A stretch of 64,000 nucleotides of DNA from Mytilus trossulus. Taxonomy: Eukaryota. The first letter of the stretch is position 1. Each line of letters begins with the position of its first letter. Made by a program: the position numbers and the translations under genes. The stretch spans positions 44,578,001-44,642,000 of the forward strand of contig NC_086382.1 in the NCBI RefSeq assembly GCF_036588685.1, given 5' to 3'. Below, piece by piece: positions 52,448 to 64,000 of this stretch. The notes under the pieces are model-generated. The model was not told the origin of the DNA, ran no database searches, and saw nothing but the letters and a program-made list of their open reading frames with translations.

Positions 52448-53140
52448 TACATGTATCTGATCCTTCTTTTTCCATCTATCTGATCCGTCATTTTCATGTA
52501 CTTAGTATCTGTACTTCTTTAACATGTATCCGATCCTTCTTTTTCCATCTATCTGATCCGTCTTTTCCATGTATCTGTACTTCTTTTGCATGTATCTGAT
52601 CTTTCTGATCCGTCTTTTCCATGTATCTGTACTTCTTTTGCATGTATCTGATCCTTTTTTAATCTATCTGATCCGTCTTTTGCATGTATCTGTACTTCAT
52701 TTGCATGTATCTGATCCTTCTTTTTTCATCTATCTGATCCTTCTTTTCCATGTATCTGTACTTCTTTTGCATGTATCTGATCCTTCTTTTTTCATCTATC
52801 TGATCCTTTTTTTACATGTATCTGTACTTCTTTTGCAAGTATCTGATCCTTCTTTTCAATCTTTCTGATCCGTCTTTTCCCATGTATCTGATCATTGTTT
52901 TACATGCATCTGATCCTTCTTTTCCATGTATCTGATCCTTCTTTTGCATGAATCTAATTCATCTTTTACATGTATTTGATCCTCCTTTTCCATGTTCCAT
53001 GTAAATGATCCTTCTGTTGCATGTTTCTGATCCCTCTTTTGCGTGTATCTGATCCTTTTTTTTTACATGTATCTGATCCTTCTTTTGCATGTATCTGATT
53101 CTTATTTTACATGCATCTAAATCCTTCTTTTACATGTATC
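52448..53140. repeat. ~21-bp minisatellite (CATGTATCTGATCCTTCTTTT)n
   Basis: Direct tandem periodicity; explains ORFs 52354..52599 and 52569..52868. Confidence 0.9.
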
Positions 53141-53329
53141 TAATACTTTCCCTATTTTAGACATTTAGAGTGACTTTATTACTAAAAAAACTTCTTACAC
53201 TTTTTTAACACTTGCTCCTTGTCTTTATTAATTGCGGTTTTTGTAAATGTTTTGTATAGTTAACTTGGGGTTTCTTATTCCTTCTTACTACAAATTATAC
53301 CATTCTGCTACTGCATTGGAGTTGTTATA

Positions 53330-54632
53330 CAGTCTGCCAAAAGTTAAGCACCACCGAAATATAACTGGCAATATTTTTTTAACTATTGCGAAAAAAATAT
53401 TAATGTTTGGTGTTATGAATTACCTTCAACATACACTAAGAAAATCAATTACGACCAAAACGATTGAACTCCGATAAAGCAGTCAAGCAACCTCTTATCA
53501 AATGTCATCTGCGCGTTTACAAATACACAGTTTCTCCAGGTGGTCGTGTAAGTGTTCGTACATTGGTCAGTCGACTTCTCAGAGGCAACTGAAGAGCAAG
53601 TTTTGGTGTATAGAGACCTGTACTTACAGGAAGGCACTCCACCGTCAGGTTTTAATGGGATAATGACTATCTATGCTTGAACATAAGAAGCTGACAAAAC
53701 ACTCATTGTTCAGATGGTAGTCAGTTTCTTTTACTGCCAGTAGACGCCAAAATACGAATTTCGCGGGGAAACAAAACGGCCTATGACCAAAAACAATGTT
53801 TGCACAAGGACTGCATTCAGTGTTGGTGGTGTTCCAGTACGGGGTTGCTTCTCATACTGTTATAAGCTGGGTATGCATGTTCTGCAGGGTAGCATAAACG
53901 GACAGACAAACAGAGATTTGTAGCCTTAAAACATTTTAGTCTCTCATTTTAATAATCCCCCACTTGCGTCGACATTGCCAAGACTCTTGTACATGGACGA
54001 CAACGCTAGAACACACAGAGCAAGGATTTTAACTGAGTCCAAAGAGCAAAAAGCCATTTTCACTATTGTTTAGCCTTCCATGTCCCCATACATAAACCCT
54101 ATCAAACATGTCTGAGATACCATTGGCGGAAATCTCAATCACAGAGATCCACCTTCACAATATTTTGTCGATTTAAAAGTGGTATTTGTTGTTTAATGCA
54201 ACAGATTTCCTAAACTAAAGCTTGAAGGCTTATTCCGAGAATGAAACGTCGTGTTTTGAAACTCTACCGGAAGTGAGGTTGTTATGCATGCTGTTGACTC
54301 AAATGTTGTCATTAAAATTGCCAAACATACCAAAGCTTATGTGTAGAAAGTTTTAATAATATTGGGTGATCATTTTTTGTAGAAAAATAAAATCAAAGTG
54401 AAACTTAAATTCTGTTTCTGAATTCAGTAATTTACACTATTTCTATGAATGGAAAACCTACATGCATAGAACCTTCATAAGTGACTAAAATTACATTTCT
54501 GGTTTGTTTATGGTATACATTAGCAAAATTGCTATATGATTGTTTTATTTTTTTCGTGGAATAATTGATTTTTTAAATTTGAAAAAAAATCTGTGCAATA
54601 AAAACAGGTGGTGCTTAACTTTTGGCGGACTG
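53330..54632 (+). mobile_element. Tc1/mariner element, decayed transposase
   Basis: 26-bp TIR CAGTC(T/C)GCCAAAAGTTAAGCACCACC with TA TSDs; relic DDE motifs MDDNARTHRA (53993) and SP..NPI.HV.D (~54085). Confidence 0.88.
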
Positions 54633-57600
54633 TATATATGTTTTGAATACTGATTGGAATGGAATATTTTTTTCAGTACTTTTTGTAAATTTTCAGGTTG
54701 ATTAGGATGACGAATGAAATGTTAGAATGAACAAGATATAATAAGAGGCTCAACTTTTGCAGCAAAAAAGGAAACACAAAAGTAGCAACATCTGGCTAAT
54801 TTGTAAATTTGATGTTATAGTATAGGCAGACATGAATGAACATTTATCTGCTTATTTCTAATTAATGTAATAATTCTTTAGTAGTTTTCTATTTTTTTCT
54901 CATTCGAACTAATCAGGTTTCTTGTAGATTCATTCTTTCTAAATGCAATCAAATACTGTTAATGATTGTCCACAACCACCCCTAACTATCACCTGTGTGC
55001 TGCAAAATATGCAATCCCGTGCAAAACATTACATTTAGACGAAGTATTAATATTTGAACCAAGAAATTGGTAATTTGATTCTGTGATATTGAGTCAATTC
55101 TATATACGAAATACCGAAATAGGTCTCCGAAATTATTTTTTTGTCTTTAGCTTCAAAATCTCCGACACAAAAAACTCAGGAGCCTTTAGAAAACTGTGCA
55201 ATGGTTACGTCTGCTTCTCCAATCTGGAAATAAATCAGGAATCATTCTTTTCTGTGCAAAATAGTATTTGGTGTTTACTTTTCCCAAAAAAAGAAATTTT
55301 ATACTGTTTCTTACCTTTGTCTTTTTTTAAGCTTCGAAGCCGCCAACTATGTCAAACATAGTGAACATCCCAAATGAGGCGTTCAACACAGTTATATATG
55401 TGCGATTATATTTCCATTATACACAAAAAACCATTTAGACGTTAAGTATACACGGTAAGAGCAATAGCAATCCTACAGTACTATAAAACCAAAATAAGGT
55501 ACATAGAGGTCACTTTCCTGTGTCTTGATGGAAAAAAATACCTTAAATGTCTGTCTGTTCTGTTTACAGGTATTAATCAATTAACCACAATAATCTCTAT
55601 CCGCGGAAATATTGGTGATCAAAGTCAAATATTTATAAAAATTCGATTAAATATTAGACTTCCTGATTGAAACAAGTAAATAGGGGCTTAAAACAAAAAA
55701 AGATATAACTTCAGAATATTTCTTTTTCTTTATAAAAAGTACGTGTAGTGGGGTTTTCATCTCATTAGTAAAAAATCTCACTAGTTATCTATTTCCCTTG
55801 TTTACAAATAAAAACATTTACATTTGTATAATAATTGATTTGAATTTTATAGTGCATATTTCAAAATTATGTATGTGTTGAAATATTTCTATCTTCTAGC
55901 GGGGTTTTATTTTCTTATTTTAATTTATAAGAGCACTGAAAATTGAGAATGTAAATTGGGAATGTGTCAAAGTGACAATAACCTGAAAAAGAACAGAAAA
56001 CACCCGAATGCCACCAATCGGTCTTCAACACATGGAGTGGGCTTCGGCTGACCCCTTAACAAAAATTGTGTACAAATTCAGTGAAAATTAACGTTACACT
56101 GAACTCCAAAACAAATGGATGAAATTTAATTAAAAACAAAACATACAAGACCATCAAGACCAGTAAGGAACTTGCGTATTGATATGCTAATGTCAGCATA
56201 AGATAACGAATCATTGGATATTCATCAACAGTGTGAATTTAAGGCACAACAAAACGAAAACACGAAGTCTTGTTGACATTTAAAGTAGGACAACAACAAA
56301 TTGAAGTTTTTAAAGACCTTGACTGGCAAAACAGCCCTTGCATGGTCGGTTGAGTAAGACAGAAAAAATAAAGACAGTATTTTCATTACATGTATATCTG
56401 TGTTAATCATCATATAATTTCACAGTCAGAACTTACAGAAAATACTGTCCTAAAGTAAGACGGATATTATTAAGACAGTATTTTCTGTAATTCACACTGT
56501 TGATGAGTATCCAATAATTCGTTATCTTCTGCTGACATTAACATATAAATATGCAAGTTCCTAGTCTTGCTGGTCTTGTATGTTTTTTAATTTTATTTCA
56601 TTTATGTTTTGTTTGTAATAATTGACAAAATTTATTATATTATATATGCTGATCAACACAGATATACGTGTAGTGAATAACGTTTTGGTGATTATTATTT
56701 TTTTTTAGTGTCGGCTGATAATTTATTCTTTATGAAATATTAAAAAATCCTTGTTAGAAATGAAGTGTATTTCCCTAAGATTCGGATCTAATTGACATCT
56801 ATGGGGATGTTCTTTCAAGTCTATATACAAACATAGAAGAATCAAGTCGAAAATGATGTATTAGTATTCTATTTAATAACATGTAACTACTTCATTTCTA
56901 AAGAAATATGAAAAAATCATCATTAAATTTTTTTTTTACTTGCATTAAATCTTAAATTGGGTTCACAGACATCCGTGTACTTTCAAAGGTTATCTGACCG
57001 ATATAAAAAAACATTCAAACAAAATTCGTGAAAGTCTAATTTGAAATGTACAATTCATTTTCAAATGTATAAACATGTATAGGTTTCAAGATACGTTAAA
57101 GACACTGGCCTGATAAGTGTTTCAACTTGACTGGTCAACGTTGTCTTAAAACAAGTGACGAAAGATACCAGAAGGACAGTCAAACTCATAAACTCATAAA
57201 TCGAAAATAAACTGACAACGCCATGGCTAAATATGAAAAAGATAAACAGACATTCAATATTACACATGACACAACATAGAAAACTAAAGAATAAGCAAAA
57301 CGAACCCCACCAAAAACTAAGTAGGGGGGGGGGGGGGGGGGGTTCTGAGGTGCTCTGGAAGTTGATCTGTTTTCGTTTTAGACTTCCATTTTTAATTTGT
57401 CAACGTCTGTTTTTCCTTGATTTCCTTAAATTCATGTTTGTTTTTTTCAAACTAATAGACTGATAGACAATATGTGCTGTGACTAACTGTCATTTACACA
57501 TTGTCCTCTTTGTAATAACATTACTCACATATTACTCTTTGTAGTGCAGATATATAAATATATCATTTTGGAAATCAAGGATAAGATACATTTATACTCT

Positions 57601-59330
57601 ATTGCTGTTTATTCTGTTTTTAGACAACTTCTAATTTTTTGATTTGAGTTTTTTTTTTAGATTGAGCGATGATTTGTTTAATAGTTTGTTTTTTTAGAGC
57701 CATAAGCTTAAAGAGTTGTTATATTATTTAGTGTAGTAAATTAACTCATCATAGATATCAGGACTAAACTTGATGGGGTTTAATCGATCGACACTATAAA
57801 GCTTCCAGTGTAAGGTAATTTAATTATTATCATTAATTTTTCACTCGCACTTGCGCTTTGCGATTGTTGAAGTTCTAACATAAAGTATTGGAGTTAAGGT
57901 CACTGAATACGCAAAAGTAAAGACGAACTAATGCATGGGAAGAAAATATTTCAATAGCAATAAATAAAATACGTAAAGGATTTTGTTTGTCAAAAAAAGT
58001 TATTTACCACACTTGAATGAAACTATTCAATTATATAAAACATTCAACTTTTATTTTTAATTTGAAGTTTCATATCACTTTAAAGTGCATCACATCAATT
58101 TTAAATCGAGGTCTAATTTTTAATTCCAGCTACAAGTTTAAAATATTTAACAGTGACCTTAATATTTAAGGTTGAACTGTTTTGCGGACAAAGATCTGAA
58201 CATATAACTTATATCGCGTGACTTATATTAACTAAAGACATTTAGAGCCCTTTTTCCATCACTTTAATTTTATAACTTTACAACTTATTTTATTCAAAAC
58301 AAATATTCATGCTTAATTGACCACTTTTACGTCTATTTAAAGACCATGAAAAAAGTATCTCAAGGTTTGTGTTAACTTACTCACGTCGTCTTTATAACAT
58401 TGAGGGATGACTATCTGCAGGTGTAATACCACCATTGATTTCCCTCTATAAGTCTTTGTTAATTTTGCACTTTTCAAAATATTGTGCAGAATTTATCTCT
58501 GTTTCAAATAAAGAAATACTGAGTAAAGTTTTACCCTGTCCAGTACTATAGAAAAAATTTCACATAACAGGTCATTGCACTTAAGAAAATAATCATCACT
58601 GTAAGTTAACCTATCAAATTTCTCCTTTATTTGACCTTTGTACAAGCCTTAGTAACCATGTTACCTCAAATTTACAAAATACTCTATAGAAACCCCAAAT
58701 AAAACAAAAATGGTGCACAAGACATATGTTTATGAAACAGAAATGTTTTACTGCAATAAAATGTACGATTATTACCTAAAACTGTCAAATTCAAGGGAAT
58801 ATATTTATTCGACCTATTTTCGTATAAATACGGATGTGACGTACCATGATTTGGTGGTATTAGTATTACGCCTAAATCACTCAAAATGAAAAATATCTTG
58901 AATTGTTTTACAATACGGTGGCCTGTATTACGATTTTTTTTTAAATAAACCTATCTATGATATCAAATGTTTCGATACAGTAATACCACAAGTAAAGAGA
59001 TTAACAAAATTATTTATTTTTTTTGCGAAAAAATGTTCAACATTGTTTTTTACATTCACATCGGGTAGTCTCTGGTAGATGGTTAGCAATTGTACAGCAT
59101 ATACTTTTTATACCATAATTAGAACAAAATTTTAATTGTACTATTTTGTTGTCAACTTCATAGCTAATGCCCTTTATACCCATCAAAAAATTAAACAGAC
59201 TTAGAAGTATTTTGCAACAGCATTTTCTACTTTTGTAAGTAATTTTTATTATCAAGTTCATAAAAGTTAAATTCTTACTCTTTAAAACGAATAGGTACAT
59301 GAGATCTGTTCAACAACATAAAGTTCTTAC

Positions 59331-59430
59331 CTTTAAACGATCTTTTAATCTTTGTCATCAAATTTTCTTTCAAATGAATAGTTTTTATTACTATCTAGAG
59401 AGGTATTCTAATTTTATAACACTGACACAG
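59331..59430 (-). other. Putative non-coding first exon / TSS of SLC22 copy B
   Basis: The coding exon has an acceptor 7 nt before the ATG, so an upstream exon is needed. This block is conserved with 33780-34020, ends in AAAG|gtaaga, and has an Inr-like TCAGT at 59425-59421. Confidence 0.5.
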
Positions 59431-61179
59431 ATCAGTAAGAATACTGTTACGATGGAAATTTTAGTAGGATCTATTTCACCCTGTCGCAATGTCGTAAAAT
59501 ACGAATAACATATTACATCATGATTGTCACAAACATAAACTTTCTCTCTCGTATTTCATTTTCATGTTTACAATTTGAGATTGTTATGCATACCTGATAG
59601 GAATTTAATTTTAATTTTTCTAATGTTTACTCAAGAGAATCTTAGAATAAAAAGCGTATGAAAGATGCACTAGCAGCTCTGTGAAAATAATTATCATGTT
59701 TAAACAAATAAGTAATCTAATTCACTTTTGAATCTTTTATTTAGTGATGAAATGTGATATTCCTTAGGATTTAGAAGATCTAATTGCTTTCATGAATGTC
59801 CTATTTTAAAAAAAATATTTTGGCAACGGTTGTGCCTCAGCACTAGCTTTGACGTTTCGTGACCAACTCTACTAGAACCAAGACGTAGAGTAATTAAACA
59901 ATCTTACCCCTCGTATAATATTATTTCGTAATTTTTCCAACAATTCACGATGAGATCAGTGTATGAATTTAAGTTTTTATATAGTGAATTGGTTCACTTT
60001 TCACATGGCTGGCAGTCAATGAATTGAGATTCGGGAAAAGCGGTTTAAATCTCAGTATTCCTCAATGCTCTTCAACTTCGTACTTTATTTGGACTTTTTT
60101 AAAAACTTAATTTGATGTCTTTTGTAGACGTAACACGCGTCTGGCGAAAATGCAAAAAAAAAAACACAAAAAAATACTGAACTCCACGAGATAATTTAAA
60201 ACGGAAAGTCCCTAATCACAAAATAACAAAACATATCAAATGAATGGAGACAACTGCTGTCATATTCCTGACTTGGTACAGGCATTTTTAAATGAAGAAA
60301 ATGATGGATTGAGCCTGGGTATATAGGTTAAACCTCTCACTTGTATGATTGTCGTATCAACATTTCAATCCTGGTATCTATGATGAGTTTATTTTACTGA
60401 CGGGTCATTTACAAAACTTCATTCTTCATTCTCCTTTTCAATCAGTGATTACCGAAATCATTTTTCTCAAAATTTCAATTTCTTTTTTGGGGCGGGTTGG
60501 ATCCGTATGCGCACCAAACCCAATGAAGTATAATCAGTTCGTTAGTTGAGGATGAAACAAAACGAAGACAGAAATAAGTTTTACTAGGCGTGAAAAAACA
60601 CTTTAATAGCCATCATTACTAGTAGTTTCTGATTATGTTTTGCACGACTCTAATGCAACGTCCTCAAGCAATTGCGATGTAAAAAGTAAAATCACAAAAA
60701 TATTGAACTCCGAGGAAAATTTAAAAAGGAAAGTCCCTAATCAAACGGCAAAATGAAAAGCTCAAACACATCAAACAACTGTCATATTCCTGATTTGGTA
60801 GAGAGATTTTATTATGTAGAAATGGTGGATTAAACCTGGTTTTAAACCTTTTCTATTTATTGCCTATTTATAGTTTGTAACAATGTACGTATTTTTTGCT
60901 AACGGAATAAAACTAGGGAAATATGGTAAATCTGTCATCTGCAACGATATATTTTGGTTTAACTTTTCGGAATTTTGGTCGTCAATGCTCTTTAACTTCG
61001 CACTTTATTTGGTATTTGACTTCTTCTCTGATTCAAGCATCACCGGTGAGTCGATTGATGACGATACAACGATACAATTACACTATGATGACGAAATAGT
61101 TTAATTTCATAATTTTTCTTCTACTTTCTTCATTTAACATGTTTAACTTTATTATTTTGTTTACTTCAGCATCTATAAA

Positions 61180-61560
61180 GGTAACACACGGCCACCGAAA
61201 CCTTTATTATTGTGAAGCCAAGGTGGTCGTGTGGTCTAGCGCACCGGATACAGTGCATGCGATTTGGTGTCACGATATCTCAGTAGCATGGGTTCGAATC
61301 CCGGCGAATATATATATATATACAACTCGTCTAAACATCAACCCAACAATGTAAGATCTGTAAAATTTGCTTTCGCAAATTTTTTGTTCTGCCCTCGCCC
61401 GTATTTGAACCCATGCTACTGAAATATCGTGACATGAAATCGCCTGCACTGTAGTAGCTAGACCACACGACCACCTGGGCTTCATACAAATAAGAGCTTT
61501 CGGTGGCCGGGTGTTACTTTTCTAAGTCAGTTTTAATCTAGCGTCGTACTATATATATAT
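61180..61560. mobile_element. Inverted pair of the tRNA-box repeat
   Basis: 61180-61308 (+) and 61310-61550 (-) joined through (TA)n. Confidence 0.7.
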
Positions 61561-61877
61561 ATATATAATAAAAATTAATTGAGACAATTTCTATTTTTTT
61601 TTAGATATTTTTTTCTGTGACAAAATTTCAAAAATACCAGAAATCTTTAGAATTACTCTAAAATGCGTGTTTTGCGTACCATATATTTAGCATAGTAACA
61701 TAATGCAGGATACCGAGCAAAACGATATTACCAAAATAGATTAAATAGTGTTAAAAAGTGTGTTTTTTCCTGGAACAAGTTTAAGGGTGGTGTACTTGTA
61801 TCGGCGAATTAAGATACGGAACACAAATTACCAATGCATTTCTTAAGATTTTAATCAGATAAATGATTTTCCCATAC

Positions 61878-63950
61878 AAAATAGTCCACGTAAACCTGTT
61901 TAAAAAAAACATAGCCATACAAGTAAATAAAATATTCAACTTTTTTTTTCATTTAAAGTTTCATCTGACTTTAACGTGCAACGCACTATACAACGCACTT
62001 TAAATAGATTTCAGTTCCAGGTACATAGTACAAATTTAAAATATTTGACTTTTTGCAGTTTCGAATGACTGAAATTAATAACCAGTTTAAACTGGATTCA
62101 TTGAACTCCATAGCATATAACAAATATACACTAAGCGGTTTCAGAACCATGTTTCCGTCACTTTAATTTACATCTTTTATGTTCGATTTTTTTTATGGTA
62201 AATTGACTTCTTCATAAGTTCTAAAAGAGATTTATTTCAAGGTTTGAAATAAACTTCGTCCGGTAAATTTAAAAGTGATTGACGACTGTCTGCTTTATCA
62301 GAAAAGAAAGTTATTTGAATTGTGTTACAATCCAATTAAATTATTCAATTAAAAAGAAAATAAGTGTAATGATACATATATAGAATAACCATACATTTTC
62401 TCGAAATATCAATGTTATTCGCACATGGCTTCTAAACAGGTAGAAAGCGAGGCTGTGCCGAGCATTTCTATCTGTTTCGAGCCGAGTACAAATAACATTG
62501 ATATTTCGAGACAATGTATAATTATTCTTTATATACTGCAACTCTTATAACTGTTCTAAATGAAGTTTTGAGGGTAAAAACCATCATTTTTTTATTTTGA
62601 GCGAAAGACGTAAAATTTCCGCGAACCTGTATGTTTTAGTGACGTCATAACTAAAACTCTACGGAAACACAATTTCAACGTCATAAACAAGGTGATATAC
62701 GGTCAGTAACTGTATATCACATTTGAATATACGGTCAATGCAATTTGACAGCTCAAAAAGCACAGCTGCAGTATATATATGATTCAACCATGCAAAGCAA
62801 GCAAAATGACATTCCAAATATGCATTTGATAACAGGAATTTATAAAAAAAAATATGCAATTCTAATGATTTTAACTATGAAAACTCGGTGGAACCGGTTA
62901 AGTTGAATTTTAAAAACATTGAAAATTTATTTATCTATTTATGCAAAACAAATGTTTTAACTATCAACAAATCATTTATCTTTTCTGTACTTTGTGTACT
63001 TGCTACCAAAACACGTTAAAAGGTGAAGTGGTATATAAGTGGTATACAAGTTAATGAAAACGACAATGGAACTGTCTTAAAGCAGCCTTAAATTTATAAA
63101 TAGTTGATTAACTTTCAATTTATATATTGTTTATGAAACAACCATGCTTCCATATCTTACGACTTCTATGGTAAATTTCTAATAGTATTTCTGGTCTTTA
63201 TGTTAACTTAGTTTTATAGATTTTAAGAGGATCTGGAATTTTTATGATACATCACATATCTTTACGTCTATCGACTAACATAATTGACTTGGCCAAACAT
63301 AGAAACATCGTCGTTCGAGTCTTATATTCTGCAGAGTTCACTGTTGATTAAAATGGTGATATTATTGAGATACAGGTGCATTGTTTATATTTTCATTTAA
63401 TTTTTCAACTATTTAATTCAGGTTGATTTTTTTTATTCATTGCCTAGCAAAACAATGTTCATTGTTAAATTTCTTTATAAAAAAAGTACATTGATAGTTT
63501 AACTAAACAGCGAATTAAAGAACAGGAAAACAAATTGTCAATGTACTTTTTTAAAATAGTCCACGTACATTTGTTTAAAGTAAAACTTAGCCAAACAAGT
63601 AAATAAAACATTTTTTTTTCATTCGAAGTTTCATCTGACTTTTAGCTTTGATAACTAACTATTTAACGTGAAACGTACTTGTAATCGATCTTAATTCCAG
63701 GCACATTGCACTTTGTACAAGTTTAAAATATATTTTATGTTCGAAAAAAAAATTATTTATAATAAATTAACTACTTTTACACATATTTAAAAATGTGTTC
63801 TCGTAAATCTTCATAACTTCTAAAAAAAAAATAGTTCAAGGTCTGAAATAAACGTCGTCGGTTTAAATTAAACATGAGTGACGACTGTCTGTTTAATCTG
63901 AAAGGAAAATTATTTGAATTGTGTTACAATCTAATGGAACTTTTTAATTA
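61878..63950 (+). repeat. Direct ~400-bp repeats at 61878-62345 and 63553-63950 (third diverged copy ~58000-58400)
   Basis: Shared aaaatagtccacgta…tttcatctgacttt…gacgactgtctg…ttatttgaattgtgttacaat. Confidence 0.7.
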
Positions 63951-64000
63951 AACATATAGTTTTCCTGTATATTTCTGAAGGGTACATTTCAAAAATTTCC

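Noticed and set aside
52354-52868. ORFs with repeated LHVSDPSF
   Set aside because: Translation of the 21-bp minisatellite
52448-53140. Possible CRISPR-like array
   Set aside because: Contiguous tandem units with no unique spacers, eukaryotic context, no cas genes
16540-59470. False duplication from two uncollapsed haplotypes
   Set aside because: Introns show heavy substitution divergence and many copy-specific insertions, more than expected for alleles; read depth would settle it

Overview
AT-rich, intron-rich eukaryotic genomic DNA. The repeat families and gene types point to a bivalve mollusc, most likely Mytilus; this is an inference, not a database result. Three protein-coding loci lie on the minus strand, each rebuilt by hand from GT-AG splice sites and exon phases. 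(1) A 6-coding-exon secreted C-type lectin (perlucin-like, ~212 aa; 1671-9154) with signal peptide, coiled-coil neck and non-canonical sugar-binding motifs (WPK/WRN). (2) An SLC22 organic cation transporter-like gene, copy B (42631-50344), intact, 9 coding exons, ~528 aa. (3) Its tandem duplicate, copy A (19335-31924), which carries a frameshift, a nonsense codon and a degraded acceptor, so it looks recently pseudogenised. Introns and spacers are packed with mobile DNA: a Penelope-like RT relic, LINE relics, a Tc1 relic, TTAA- and TAA-targeting MITEs, SINEs, minisatellites and Helentron-like pieces. The most notable non-coding signals are three. First, at least seven recognisable type I hammerhead ribozymes in two covarying subfamilies, one set in a ~366-nt tandem retrozyme-like repeat. 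Second, another conserved structured motif in that repeat. Third, a circularly permuted ~440-bp repeat with an internal tRNA-like Pol III promoter that sits in (TA)n tracts.
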